A DNA stretch of 64,000 nt from Akkermansia sp. (GCA_043757045.1 JAYVQC010000135.1:11-64010); one strand, 5' to 3'. Positions 1 to 9,407 are shown, counted from the first letter of the stretch. A program made the numbers and translations. Notes: generated by a model not told the origin, from the sequence alone.

Positions 1-72
1 GGCGGTCCGCGCTCCGGCCATTTGGGCAGCACGCCTGCCAGTGACGCCCGCATGGCTCGGCTCGATGCGGCT

Positions 73-2808
73 TCATGGTTCAACAGGCCGAGCGATGCTC
101 GGCGCTCCGTTCCCCGTCGTCCGCGCCGACAACGCCGCCACGATCTGTTCCACCGATGCGCCGAGTTTTTCCGTCGCACTATTTTCGTTGGCGATGATCA
201 GCGGGCACGCGCCGAACTTTGCCGACACTTCGGAGAAGGTGCTGAAGTGCGTGCCGATGACGGCGGCGGTGCGGCTCAGGAGGAGAAAATCCATCATCGC
301 TTCGTGCATCGCCTGCCGGTGCCGCAGCAGCGACGTCTTCGGGCGCAGGAGAATGCGCTCGCCAAAAAGCCCGCGCAAATGCTCCTCGGTCGGCGGATGA
401 TCGGTGGCGAGAAAGAAATGCACATCCGGCGCAGCCTCCAGCACGGCGCGCATGATGGCGAGAAAGTGCGCGTCCTCCGAGCGCCGGTATTCGTCAATGA
501 ACTCGCGCGTTGGATCACCGCGCCGCATGTGAACGCCGACGGTTCGTGCTGGCAGCCCAAACTCGTCCACGAGTTTCTTGAATTCAGCGCAGGGCGTCAG
601 CGTGCGGAGGTGGCGCACGATTTCCTCGTCGAACTTCCAGTTTCGTTTCTCGCCCGCAAATTGCGATGCGACCCAGCCCTTCACGATCACGACCTCCGTG
701 TCGGGATCGCCCTCGGGATCGAGGTCGGTGTAGAGCGGGCCGCGCTGCCGCCAGGTGTTGTACACTTTCACCGTGCGATCACTGCGCAGGAGAAAGTTCA
801 AGTCTTCGGCATCCACCATGTCGAAATGGTTCTCGAACAGCGCGTCGAACGGGCTGCCGAGTTGATCGTTGTCGGGCCAGTGAAGCAGGAGACGCCGGTT
901 CGTCCGTTCCGCCACGCGCAGGCAGCCGGCCAGCAGGAGCAGGCGATTGCCGAGACCGCTGGAGGAAGCGGCGAACAGATAGCGTTCACCCGGCAGTCTC
1001 GGCGTGCGGGTGCGCGGCAAGGGCGCGGCCTCATCGGCGAGATGATAGAGCGCGCTCCACACCTCCGGGATTTGCAGGGTGAAAACTTTCCGACCATCCG
1101 CCAGGCGCTCGCGCCAGTCAGGCGTGCGCGCGTCGAGGGCCGCGCGGGCGCTCTCCGCCAGACGCGCGACATCGGCGGTCTGCACTTCGCCGCTGTTGCC
1201 GGTAGTGGGACAGCCGCCCCCGGCTGTCGCCAGTCTTGCGGGCGCCTCGCCCGCAGTTCGACAGGCGGTGGCGCCTGTCGGACTCGTGACCGGCGAGGGC
1301 GCCGGTCCCACTGCACTGCGGGATTCCACCACGGCGCGCAAGCTGCCGCAGAAGCGCTCGATGACGGCGCCGTACTTCGTCGCGTGCAGGCGCAAGCCCA
1401 GCGTCAACACCAGCCAGTAGGCGTGGCCGTTCGCGATGGCGAGGTCGAGCGTCTGCGACTGCCACGCGCTCCACTTCTCCGCATCGCCCCAGAGCAGCCG
1501 CGCTTGCGCGAGCTTGGCCAGTTCGAGCACGCCGTGCATGCCGTACTGCGCCGGCTCGGCGGCGATGGCGTTGAACACATCGAAATCGCCGCACTCGATC
1601 TCCACGCGCGGCTCGACCTTCGTGACGAAAAATTCATGCACCGGCCCGCGATAGACGCAGAGGACGTCGTAGTCGCTGCGCGCCGTGGCGCGGCCCGAGG
1701 CGCGCGAGCCGTGGAGCACGATGAACTCAGGCCGGGGCGAAAGCAGCGCGTGCATCCGCTTCTCCGCCACGCCCGCCGCCCATTCCTCAAGCTCCTGCGG
1801 GTCGAGCGGAATGCCCGCCGCGGCGAGCTGGGTGAAGGGCTGGACGTGAATGTCCTTTTCGAGCACCGGCTCCTGTTCGACCTGCGGCGTGAAGTCGGAA
1901 CAGCGCAGCACCGTGCGGCAGAAGCGGTGGACATCCACGGCGATGGACGAGGAGAAATATTTTTCGTAGTTCACCCGGTGCTCGTCGGATTTGTAGGGCG
2001 ACACGGGATGATCGATATGCAGCAACGGCTCGGCCCTGGAAAACAAATTCAACACGCGCAACCGCCGAATGGCGCGCAGGGCAAAATCCGTGTCCTCGAA
2101 GCCCCAGCCCTGGAAGCTGCTGTCGAAACCGGCGAGCGACGCGAACGCCTCGCGATGGATGATCATGAAGCAGCCCGGAAAACAGAACAGCATGGGCAGG
2201 TCCGGCGTGCCTTCGTGCAGTGGATCATAAACGAGCGGGTCGCCGTTCACGCCGTGCTCGCGCCAGCGGCCAATCGCCGCCGCCAGCGACGGCGGGTCGT
2301 AGAGCAGCGGGAAGCGCGCGTATTGCCGGCGCGGAAACATGGCGCACTCGAAGCCGCCGGTGAGCAGCGCCGACAGCACCACGTCCACGCAGCGCCAGTC
2401 TTTCAGCAGCATGTCGTCGTCGAGGAACAGCAGATACTCACCCGTGGCGGCGGCAGCGCCCACGTTGCGCGAGCCGCCGCGATTGTGCGGCTCCGCCTCG
2501 GCCACGGTGAGCGTCCGGTCGCCGATGACTTCCTTTAAGGTTCCCAGCAACGCGTCCTCACCACCCGAGGCGACGATGACGACCTGCTCGACCGACCGCG
2601 CGGCCTCGATGCCGGTGAGCAGATGACGCAACGAACCGCTCTTGAGATCGGAGTTGAAGAACGTAGGCACGATGACCGAGACGCGGCTGGTGCGATGCAC
2701 CGTGCCGTCCGCGCGCAACTCCGGCTGGAGTTTTTTCAACTGCTCCAGTTCCTCCAACGACACGGATTCGCGGCGACGGATTCGGTTCAATATGACTCGG
2801 CTGTCCAT
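73..2808 (-). CDS. Three-domain glycosyltransferase fusion: N-terminal GT2 (GT-A) domain, central nucleotidyltransferase-like domain, C-terminal fucosyltransferase-superfamily (GT11/GT23/NodZ-like) domain
   Basis: 911-aa ORF, ATG at 2808-2806. GT2 hallmarks 'VSVIVPTFFN', 'LLFLDDDMLL' (DxD) and 'FQGWGFEDTDFALRA'. 'LHGSRASGRATARSDYDVLCVY' resembles the GS..D.D nucleotidyltransferase motif. C-terminal 'VGVHMRRGD' fits the HxRRGD fucosyltransferase motif. The + strand ORF 22..2538 is its antisense shadow. Confidence 0.8.
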   Translation of the reverse strand: MDSRVILNRIRRRESVSLEELEQLKKLQPELRADGTVHRTSRVSVIVPTFFNSDLKSGSLRHLLTGIEAARSVEQVVIVASGGEDALLGTLKEVIGDRTLTVAEAEPHNRGGSRNVGAAAATGEYLLFLDDDMLLKDWRCVDVVLSALLTGGFECAMFPRRQYARFPLLYDPPSLAAAIGRWREHGVNGDPLVYDPLHEGTPDLPMLFCFPGCFMIIHREAFASLAGFDSSFQGWGFEDTDFALRAIRRLRVLNLFSRAEPLLHIDHPVSPYKSDEHRVNYEKYFSSSIAVDVHRFCRTVLRCSDFTPQVEQEPVLEKDIHVQPFTQLAAAGIPLDPQELEEWAAGVAEKRMHALLSPRPEFIVLHGSRASGRATARSDYDVLCVYRGPVHEFFVTKVEPRVEIECGDFDVFNAIAAEPAQYGMHGVLELAKLAQARLLWGDAEKWSAWQSQTLDLAIANGHAYWLVLTLGLRLHATKYGAVIERFCGSLRAVVESRSAVGPAPSPVTSPTGATACRTAGEAPARLATAGGGCPTTGNSGEVQTADVARLAESARAALDARTPDWRERLADGRKVFTLQIPEVWSALYHLADEAAPLPRTRTPRLPGERYLFAASSSGLGNRLLLLAGCLRVAERTNRRLLLHWPDNDQLGSPFDALFENHFDMVDAEDLNFLLRSDRTVKVYNTWRQRGPLYTDLDPEGDPDTEVVIVKGWVASQFAGEKRNWKFDEEIVRHLRTLTPCAEFKKLVDEFGLPARTVGVHMRRGDPTREFIDEYRRSEDAHFLAIMRAVLEAAPDVHFFLATDHPPTEEHLRGLFGERILLRPKTSLLRHRQAMHEAMMDFLLLSRTAAVIGTHFSTFSEVSAKFGACPLIIANENSATEKLGASVEQIVAALSARTTGNGAPSIARPVEP
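1209..1307. repeat. Train of four ~20-nt GC-rich hairpins (REP-like family D) lying inside the glycosyltransferase CDS
   Basis: Hairpins gacagccgCCCCcggctgtc (1209-1228), tgcgggcgCCTcgcccgca (1237-1255), gacaggcgGTGGcgcctgtc (1260-1279), gaccggcgAGGGcgccggtc (1288-1307). The segment 1256-1312 is about 90 % identical to the intergenic segment 30664-30720. Confidence 0.85.
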
Positions 2809-2832
2809 GATGTGATGGGGTTGTGAAAAAAG

Positions 2833-4482
2833 TCAGGGATGTTGCGTCGCGACCCATTGCACCCAGGCGTCCCACTGCTGGCTCCAGCGCGCGAGCGCGG
2901 CAGCCTTGTCGTCTGGTTCGAGCGCGGAAAAGTTCAACGAGTTCGCCGCGAGCTGTTTCAATTCATCCAGGCCCAGACCCCAGGCGTAATACGCCTCCCA
3001 AAAATCATAGCTCAATCCGGTGTTGCCGAAGATGGCCGGATCGTCCGAGCCAAGCACGCACTGGACGCCGCGGTTCATGTAGCCGAGCGCGGGATGAATG
3101 CGGAGGTCGTGCAGCAGGCGGAGCAACTGGTTGCTGATGGGGCAAATTTCCAGGGCCACCGCGTTCGTCCTCATCATCGCTTCGAGGATGGGAAACTGAA
3201 ACAGATTGAAGCCGTGCCCCACGCGCTTGGTGCCGAGCAGCATGGCGTCCACAAGATTGTCATCGCCCGGCCAGGCCGTTTCGCCGTCGTGAAAGTAAAA
3301 CTTAATCAGCGAGTTCGTCTGGAACGCGAGGCCGCGCAGGTGTGGCACCTCCGCGCTCGTGAGGCGGCCACCGTCCTCGTCACCCACGAAGTCGCAGCCC
3401 GCCACCAAATCCTCCTTCGGAAAATAACTGCGATACTCGCGCGTCTTGCGAAGGACCGTGGGCGCGTCGCTGGTCATGCTGCCGCGCAGCCCGGTCGTGA
3501 TCATTCGGATGGTGAAGTTCGTGTCGAACCGTGCGCGGATGAAATCCCTCGCGTCGAGATATTCCTGGAGCGTGTCGCGCTCGTTGTAGTTCGTGTTCAA
3601 CAAACCTTGCGCGGTGTAATCAAACATCGTCGCGACCGGCGTCACCACCCGGAGTTCCACATGGCCGATGCCATCCTCGTGAAGCGCTTGGAAGGCGTCG
3701 CGCAAGTAATCGCGCATCGCCGGCCGGTAGCGCATCAGGTCCGGGAGCAGCGTCCACCACGCCCCGAACGCGCTCCAGATGTCCGCGTGAGGATCGTTGT
3801 GGTCGAGCATGTAGCGATGGCGCAACTCGTCCGTCAGGTCGAGGCCCTGCCCACGCAGCCGCGCCTCCAGAGTCGCAAACGGAAAGTAGCCGTTCAGGCC
3901 GCCGTCGTGGCCCGGCGGCGCGTTCGTGAACAGCAACTGACCGGGACTGCGGTTGTTCGCGTTCGTGCCCCACCAGATGTAGCAGTCCGCGCGGCGCGCG
4001 AGATTGGTGATGACAAACTCGCACCGGCCCGAGGTTGATTCATGGACGTGCAACAACCCGCCCTTGGGCATGCGCCGGAAAATGGGGAACAGCCGCGAGC
4101 CTTCGATGTTGGTCCGGGCCTGGAAGAACATTTGCGACGGAGGAAAAGTTCCCGTGGCGACGAAGCGCGCGGTTTCGTTCGAGCGCACCTGGCTCAGAAA
4201 ATTATCCACGTTCGTCTCCGTCGCGCTCAACTGGAGCGCCGAGGAAAAACTGCGCGCCTGAATCTCCCCCATCAGCTTGGCCCGCCGCAGGGCGTAGGCG
4301 TTCGTGGAGCGCAGGTAAAGCAGGTCGGGCGACCGAACTTCTTTTTCCCGTTCGGCGGTTTTTTGCCTCTCAGCCCGCAGCCGTTCCGAACTGGAACCAA
4401 AAAAGAACGACACCACCACCAGCAACGCGAGCACCGAGAGCCACACCATCGTGCCGCCTGTCGTACGTGAGGGTTTGTTCAT
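2833..4482 (-). CDS. Adenosine deaminase-family protein, ADGF/CECR1 (ADA2)-like, with N-terminal membrane anchor or signal
   Basis: 549-aa ORF, ATG at 4482-4480. Hydrophobic 'MVWLSVLALLVVVSFFFG'. Motifs 'LLHVHESTSG', 'VGHGFNL', 'LEICPISN', 'VLGSDDPAIFG' match the metal-binding and catalytic motifs of the adenosine/AMP deaminase superfamily. The long N-terminal extension is as in the ADGF subfamily. Confidence 0.85.
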   Translation of the reverse strand: MNKPSRTTGGTMVWLSVLALLVVVSFFFGSSSERLRAERQKTAEREKEVRSPDLLYLRSTNAYALRRAKLMGEIQARSFSSALQLSATETNVDNFLSQVRSNETARFVATGTFPPSQMFFQARTNIEGSRLFPIFRRMPKGGLLHVHESTSGRCEFVITNLARRADCYIWWGTNANNRSPGQLLFTNAPPGHDGGLNGYFPFATLEARLRGQGLDLTDELRHRYMLDHNDPHADIWSAFGAWWTLLPDLMRYRPAMRDYLRDAFQALHEDGIGHVELRVVTPVATMFDYTAQGLLNTNYNERDTLQEYLDARDFIRARFDTNFTIRMITTGLRGSMTSDAPTVLRKTREYRSYFPKEDLVAGCDFVGDEDGGRLTSAEVPHLRGLAFQTNSLIKFYFHDGETAWPGDDNLVDAMLLGTKRVGHGFNLFQFPILEAMMRTNAVALEICPISNQLLRLLHDLRIHPALGYMNRGVQCVLGSDDPAIFGNTGLSYDFWEAYYAWGLGLDELKQLAANSLNFSALEPDDKAAALARWSQQWDAWVQWVATQHP

Positions 4483-4603
4483 TCTGACCCGGCCGACCGG
4501 AGCGGCGTGGGACGGCGAAGAATGCGCAAAGACCCGGCGTTACGAAAAGCAAAAAGCAGGAACGACCGTCCGTAAAACGCTTGGCCTCCGGGCCGGGGTC
4601 GCT

Positions 4604-5569
4604 ATGCTCACGGCCATGAAAACTCCACCCGCCCGCGCGCCGCGAAAGTCGTCTTCGTCCGCCCGCTCCGTGCCCAGCACCGCGCCGGGATCGAAGATTC
4701 ATCCCGTCATCATCTATCCTTATCGTCAGCCGGCTGGCTACGCGGACTTGAAGGAGTTGTACCAACTCATCGCGCGGCTGGATGCGGAGAAGGAAACGTA
4801 CGCGCGCCCCATCACCGTCATTGATCGCAAGACCACGGCGGCGATGGAAGGCGACCGGGCCTTCCAGGAATTTCGCAAGAGCACCGTGGCGAAGCACTCG
4901 GACATCCTCGATGTGTATTGCGTGGACACCTGCCAGATGTGGTACTCGGGACTGGGCCACGCGCATGATCGCGGCACGGAGGGCGATGTCTATTGGCTCA
5001 TTCCCGGTGATTTCAATTATGGCACCACCACGGGCAAGGAAGTGTTGAGCCGGCTGCACGACCTGCCGGAAATTTGCGCCGAACTGGAGCAGGACATCTG
5101 CATCGGCGAGATCGCCACCGACCACAACAACTCGAAGCAGCTCATCGACACCTACGGCACCTTCGCGCTGCTCTACAACTGGTTTCCCAAGGAGGCGCGC
5201 GAGATTCGCGGCTACACGGAACGGCCACGCTCCGAGTTCTTTGCCGTGCGCCACGGCTTCCTGAACGACGCGCTCAAGCAGCGCTGGTACGGCTACGAGC
5301 AGACGATGGTGATGCTGCTGCAGGCCGTGTTCGCGAAGAAACACATCGCGCAATTTTTTGTCGGCCATGTTTCCGACCTGGCGGAAGGTGGCGAGTCGCT
5401 CCCCTCCATCATGCAACAGGTCGAACGCACCGAGCGCGTGCTGAAAACGCTCTGGCGCGAGCGGCACGGTGCCACCACCGACTGGCTCGACCAGTACGGC
5501 GCGCTGGAGAAACAGTCCGAGCACCTGCGCCACTCCGCGATGGCCACGCTGCGGAACGTGCTGGGCTGA
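4604..5569 (+). CDS. Hypothetical protein (no family recognised)
   Basis: ORF 4451..5569. I prefer the in-frame ATG at 4604 (or 4616) because upstream codons overlap the divergent deaminase start. The composition looks like a real protein (balanced, W/Y/F-rich), unlike its Arg/Gly-rich antisense ORF 4370..5782. Confidence 0.6.
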   Translation: MLTAMKTPPARAPRKSSSSARSVPSTAPGSKIHPVIIYPYRQPAGYADLKELYQLIARLDAEKETYARPITVIDRKTTAAMEGDRAFQEFRKSTVAKHSDILDVYCVDTCQMWYSGLGHAHDRGTEGDVYWLIPGDFNYGTTTGKEVLSRLHDLPEICAELEQDICIGEIATDHNNSKQLIDTYGTFALLYNWFPKEAREIRGYTERPRSEFFAVRHGFLNDALKQRWYGYEQTMVMLLQAVFAKKHIAQFFVGHVSDLAEGGESLPSIMQQVERTERVLKTLWRERHGATTDWLDQYGALEKQSEHLRHSAMATLRNVLG

Positions 5570-5605
5570 ACGACGCCCGATCAATTTTTTCGGGATAACT
5601 TTTTT

Positions 5606-5887
5606 ATGCTCAAGCCTTACACGAAGCCGATGCGCTCGATGAATTTTATCTGCGTCGCGCCCACCGCCCAGTCCGTGACGCTCGTCGGTGATTTCAACCA
5701 GTGGAATCCGCATACCCACTCGTTCAAGCAGCAGACGGATGGCGGCTGGCTGATCACGGTGGAGTTGAAACACGGCCATCACCGCTACGCCTTCATGGTG
5801 GACGGCGTGCTCACGCTCGACCCGCGCGCCCAGGGCATCACGCGGAATGATTTGAACGTGCGGGTGTCGTTGATTCCGGTGAGCTAG
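5606..5887 (+). CDS. Small CBM48 / glycogen-binding (E-set, isoamylase N-terminal-like) domain protein
   Basis: 93 aa, ATG at 5606. 'VTLVGDFNQWNP...GGWLITVELKHGHHRYAFMVDG' is the classic AMPK-beta/CBM48 pattern (GxFNxW ... G.Y.YKF.VDG). Confidence 0.75.
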   Translation: MLKPYTKPMRSMNFICVAPTAQSVTLVGDFNQWNPHTHSFKQQTDGGWLITVELKHGHHRYAFMVDGVLTLDPRAQGITRNDLNVRVSLIPVS

Positions 5888-5910
5888 GGCGCGACGGACG
5901 CAGCGCGCCG

Positions 5911-6075
5911 GGTGCGATTAGAAGTGGCGGGCACGCCAGCAGGAGCGCGGGCGTCTCGCCCGCCGGGGCGTGCCGAAGGTTTTCCACCGCCCCCCGCGGT
6001 CTGGGCGAAATTGCCTCCGGTTCCATTCAGCCGGGCGGGACGCCCGCGCTCCTGACCGCCACTTCGAATCACACC
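5911..6075. repeat. Inverted-repeat element, REP-like family A (copy 1 of 3)
   Basis: Left arm ggtgcgattagaagtggcgg..aggagcgcgggcgtctcgcccgcc (5911-5964). Right arm ggttccattcagccgggcgggacgcccgcgctcctgaccgccacttcgaatcacacc (6019-6075) is its reverse complement. The same unit occurs at 38118-38250 and 45680-45800. Confidence 0.85.
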
Positions 6076-6134
6076 GCAGCGCGCCCGCACAGTTGCATTT
6101 GTTTTTTGCCCCGGCATACTCCCGCGCACTAAAT

Positions 6135-7214
6135 ATGATGATGCGTTTTCTCTTCGGTTCCGCGCTGTTCGCCGCCTGCTCCACGCTGGTCTGGGATGCC
6201 GCGGCCGATCCCATTCTGCCGTATTCGCAACCCGTCTCCGTGCAGCTCACCAACGACCTGAACGACGGCAGCCCGGACGCAAAGACGCTGGAGAAGGCAC
6301 TCAAGGCGTATCACAAGACTTCCAAAAACCTGCGCGGCGACACGACCATTCTCCGCAACTTGAACAACCTGCTGGACGAGGTTTCCGGCTACGCGCCGCT
6401 GCTCGCGGACGCCGCTTCCGGTTACCAGGCGGATTTCCAACTGCGCCGCGACGAGATCACTGCGCAATTGATCCCCGCCCCGATCAGCGCGAACAAAACC
6501 GCCGCGCGCACCGCGCTCACGCGCGTGAACAACTCGCTCTCGAACGCCGTCCTCGCCGCCACCACCGCGAAGCGCATCCAGCATCTCCAGTCCGCCGCGC
6601 AACGCCTCGCCACGGCGAGCAACAATGTGCAGCGCGCATTGCGGACCAGGCCGGGCCTGAGCCAGATGGCGGCGCGCATCGGCAAGCTTTCGTTCAACGC
6701 CACCAAAGGCGAGGTCGTGGGCGGCGGGAATTTTTACAACAACGTCGGCGGCACCATTGGCGAGTTCAGCGAGGACGGCGTGTTGAGCGTGAGCGCGGTG
6801 GACTCGGGGGCGGTGACGCGCGGCCTGCACTTGCATCTCACCGGCGTGAGCAGTGCGTTTCCCGCGACCTACGCCCTGGGCGTGGGCGACAATCGCGGCT
6901 TTTATGACGCGACGGATCTGCGTCGCAAAGAGGAGTATCACTTCCAGGTTCATCCCGGGCTGACGGACGAAGTGGTCACGAATTCCTCGGTGACCATCGA
7001 ATACATCGGGACCAATTCGCTCTTCCTCAGCGACACGAGCAGCATCCCGGTCAGCGGCTACATCCTGGGCCGCTTTGCCTTTGTCGGCACGAACGTCTCG
7101 CAGTTGAACACAGACACGAACCGCTCGCACGTCACGGTCAGCGCGGGCGAGTTTCAACTGAACTTCGACATCGCGCCCCCCAGCACGAACACGCCCGCCA
7201 CGTCCCCGCGCTAA
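6135..7214 (+). CDS. Secreted hypothetical protein
   Basis: ORF 5970..7214. The in-frame ATG at 6135 gives a signal peptide 'MMMRFLFGSALFAACSTLVWDAAA'. Codons upstream of 6135 are translated REP element. Confidence 0.65.
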   Translation: MMMRFLFGSALFAACSTLVWDAAADPILPYSQPVSVQLTNDLNDGSPDAKTLEKALKAYHKTSKNLRGDTTILRNLNNLLDEVSGYAPLLADAASGYQADFQLRRDEITAQLIPAPISANKTAARTALTRVNNSLSNAVLAATTAKRIQHLQSAAQRLATASNNVQRALRTRPGLSQMAARIGKLSFNATKGEVVGGGNFYNNVGGTIGEFSEDGVLSVSAVDSGAVTRGLHLHLTGVSSAFPATYALGVGDNRGFYDATDLRRKEEYHFQVHPGLTDEVVTNSSVTIEYIGTNSLFLSDTSSIPVSGYILGRFAFVGTNVSQLNTDTNRSHVTVSAGEFQLNFDIAPPSTNTPATSPR

Positions 7215-7234
7215 GAGGCGGTCGGAAAAGGGTG

Positions 7235-7277
7235 GAACGGGCGACCAGCCCGTTCCGCTGGGCAACCTGCCCAGCGG
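7235..7277. repeat. Two adjacent REP-like hairpins (family C)
   Basis: gaacgggcGACCAgcccgttc (7235-7255) and ccgctgggcaACCtgcccagcgg (7255-7277). The same units occur at 25368-25408 and 30578-30612. Confidence 0.8.
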
Positions 7278-7435
7278 AAGAGGAGCGAGCCTCCTTTGGC
7301 TGAGGTCATGCTCGTCTGCCTCGCGCCGCCCTCATCCTTCCACCAGGCCAGTGGCCTATCCCACCCAAGCTGAATTTCACACCGACACTAAATAAATCCC
7401 CTCGCCGCCGCGTCTGGTTTCAGCAACAAACAGCT

Positions 7436-8773
7436 ATGCCTATGACCGGACCCTACGTTTCCACCGGGCGCGCGCTTTCGCGGCGCAAGTTTCTGCGCGG
7501 CGCGGGCATTCTCCTCTCGCTCCCGCTGCTCGACGCCATGACGCCCGCCTTCGCCGCCGTGCGCAAGGTCGCCAGTGCCGCCGCCACGCCCGGCGGCAAG
7601 CCGCGCCGCATGTTTGGCATCTGCAACAACCTCGGTTTGTTGCCCGATCAATTTTTCCCCACCGGCACCGGGCGTGACTACACGCTCTCGCCGTATCTGG
7701 AAAATCTGAAGGCGCACCGCGACAACTTCACCGTCTTCAGCGGCGTGTCGCATCCCGACGTGGACGGCGGGCATCCGGCGGACAACTGCTTCCTCACCGC
7801 CGCGCCGCATCCGGGCAGTGCGGGGTTCAAGAACACCATCTCGCTCGACCAATACATTGGCGAACGCATCGGGCATCTCACGCGGTTCCCCACGCTCACG
7901 CTCGGCGTGAACATTCAACAGGGTCTTCGCAGCCTGTCGTGGACGGGTTCCGGCGTGCTCATTCCCTGCGAGGAAAAGGCGGCGGATGTTTTCGCGAGAA
8001 TGTTTCTCCAAGGGACGAAGGCTGAGACCGAGGCGCAAGTTCGCAAACTCGAAACCGGCCAGAGCATCCTCGACGCCGTGGCCGGGCAGGCGAAAGATTT
8101 GCAGCGCCATGTCGGCGCGCGCGATCGCGACCGCCTCGACCAATACTTTACCAGCGTCCGCGATCTGGAGCAGCGCATGAAGATGTCCCGCGAATGGGAG
8201 CGCCAGCCCAAGCCGAAAACCACCGCCTCCGTCCCTCTCGATCCCGCCAGCCCGAAAGCCTACATGGACAAGGTGAAGCTCATGTATGACATGGTGCGCC
8301 TCGCCTTCGAGACCGACTCCACGCGCTCCGTGTCCCTGATGCTCGACAGCGTGAACTCGCCCGCCCTCGAGTTTGGCGAAGTGAAAACCAGCGACGGCTA
8401 CCACAACCTCTCGCACCACGGAAAATCGAAGGAGAAGCTCGGCCAGTTGAAGACCATTGACGAATGGCACATGAAGCTCCTCGCCGAACTCTTCACCGAC
8501 CTCCAGAACATCCGCGAGGACGGCGAACCGCTGCTCGACCGCACGATGATTCTCTACGGCTCGAACCTCGGCAACGCCAACACCCACGTCACTACCAACA
8601 TGCCGACCATCTTCGCCGGCGGCGGTTTCCGGCACGGCCAGCACCTCGCCTTCGACACGCAGCACAACTACCCGCTGCCGAACCTCTTCGTCTCCATGCT
8701 CCAACGCATGGGCCTGGAGACCGACAAATTCGCCTCCGCCACCGGGACGATGCGCGGGCTGGAGATGGTGTGA
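7436..8773 (+). CDS. DUF1552 domain-containing protein with twin-arginine signal
   Basis: 445 aa, ATG at 7436. '[21 protein letters not shown]' is Tat-like. '[10 protein letters not shown]', the length and the overall pattern are typical of Planctomycetes/Verrucomicrobia DUF1552 proteins. Confidence 0.85.
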   Translation: MPMTGPYVSTGRALSRRKFLRGAGILLSLPLLDAMTPAFAAVRKVASAAATPGGKPRRMFGICNNLGLLPDQFFPTGTGRDYTLSPYLENLKAHRDNFTVFSGVSHPDVDGGHPADNCFLTAAPHPGSAGFKNTISLDQYIGERIGHLTRFPTLTLGVNIQQGLRSLSWTGSGVLIPCEEKAADVFARMFLQGTKAETEAQVRKLETGQSILDAVAGQAKDLQRHVGARDRDRLDQYFTSVRDLEQRMKMSREWERQPKPKTTASVPLDPASPKAYMDKVKLMYDMVRLAFETDSTRSVSLMLDSVNSPALEFGEVKTSDGYHNLSHHGKSKEKLGQLKTIDEWHMKLLAELFTDLQNIREDGEPLLDRTMILYGSNLGNANTHVTTNMPTIFAGGGFRHGQHLAFDTQHNYPLPNLFVSMLQRMGLETDKFASATGTMRGLEMV

Positions 8774-8798
8774 GGACAAGTAGTTATGGGTAAATTGG

Positions 8799-9047
8799 GT
8801 GTTAGACTGCTCGGTTAGCCCTCGAATGGATGCAAATATGCCGAAGAAGAAACAAACTGTTACTTCGCTTCGTCAACGGGCACTTGAAAAAGAGAACCTT
8901 CGTCTTTTGCGGAAGATTGCGACGCTAGAGGCCAAGCTTGTCTCAGCGCGAAATGAACTACTGCTTCGTCCGCCGTACGAGGAACGACGTCCCGCGATTT
9001 CGATTGAGGCTTTCAATAAGGCATTCACTAAATTGACGCCCCCTTGA
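8799..9047 (+). CDS. Small coiled-coil hypothetical protein (lower-GC islet)
   Basis: 82-aa ORF with GTG start (ATG alternatives at 8826/8838). Heptad-like 'LRQRALEKENLRLLRKIATLEAKLVSARNELL'. G+C is visibly lower than the flanks. No homology recognised. Confidence 0.35.
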   Translation: MLDCSVSPRMDANMPKKKQTVTSLRQRALEKENLRLLRKIATLEAKLVSARNELLLRPPYEERRPAISIEAFNKAFTKLTPP

Positions 9048-9080
9048 AAACGCTGAAGTCCAAATGAAAGCCCAGTTACC

Positions 9081-9407
9081 TTGCGCTGCTTTGGGTCATT
9101 GAGGTTGCCAAAGTTGATGATTCCAGCTCCCAATTTTATCGCAGGCGTTCTCATTGGCATTGGAAACACCTCGTGGCTTGGCGTCATCATCGCGTGCTTT
9201 ATCTGGCCATTTGTGTTTTGTGGCTACGTTTCCATTCTCGACTCGGCACGAAAGACCGCGACGGTCGAGCACATGCGGACTCATTCACACCGGCTGTTTT
9301 GCGGTTCCCCGACTCTGACGTTTTACGCCATTGAGTTCTGCACGGCGTTAATGACGGCGCTCGTTGTTGGTAGCTTGTCGCACCTCATCAAGAACTGGAT
9401 TACATGA
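9081..9407 (+). CDS. Small integral membrane protein (lower-GC islet)
   Basis: 108-aa ORF from TTG 9081; a more likely ATG is at 9117. Three hydrophobic segments ('FIAGVLIGIG', 'GVIIACFIWPFVFCGYV', 'FCTALMTALVVGSL'). Its stop overlaps the ATG of the GNAT fragment (ATGA at 9404-9407). Confidence 0.45.
   Translation: MRCFGSLRLPKLMIPAPNFIAGVLIGIGNTSWLGVIIACFIWPFVFCGYVSILDSARKTATVEHMRTHSHRLFCGSPTLTFYAIEFCTALMTALVVGSLSHLIKNWIT

Noticed and set aside
22..2538. 838-aa + strand ORF
   Set aside because: It is the antisense shadow of the 911-aa glycosyltransferase gene. It is Arg/Ala/Gly/His-rich with no recognisable motif, while the minus-strand frame carries clear GT2 and fucosyltransferase motifs.
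4370..5782. 470-aa minus-strand ORF
   Set aside because: It is antisense to the 4604..5569 and 5606..5887 genes and has a low-complexity Arg/Gly/His composition. It would also overlap the CBM48 gene, which has a clear domain signature.
7388..8779. 463-aa minus-strand ORF
   Set aside because: It is the antisense shadow of the DUF1552 gene. It is Gly/Glu/Arg/His-rich junk.
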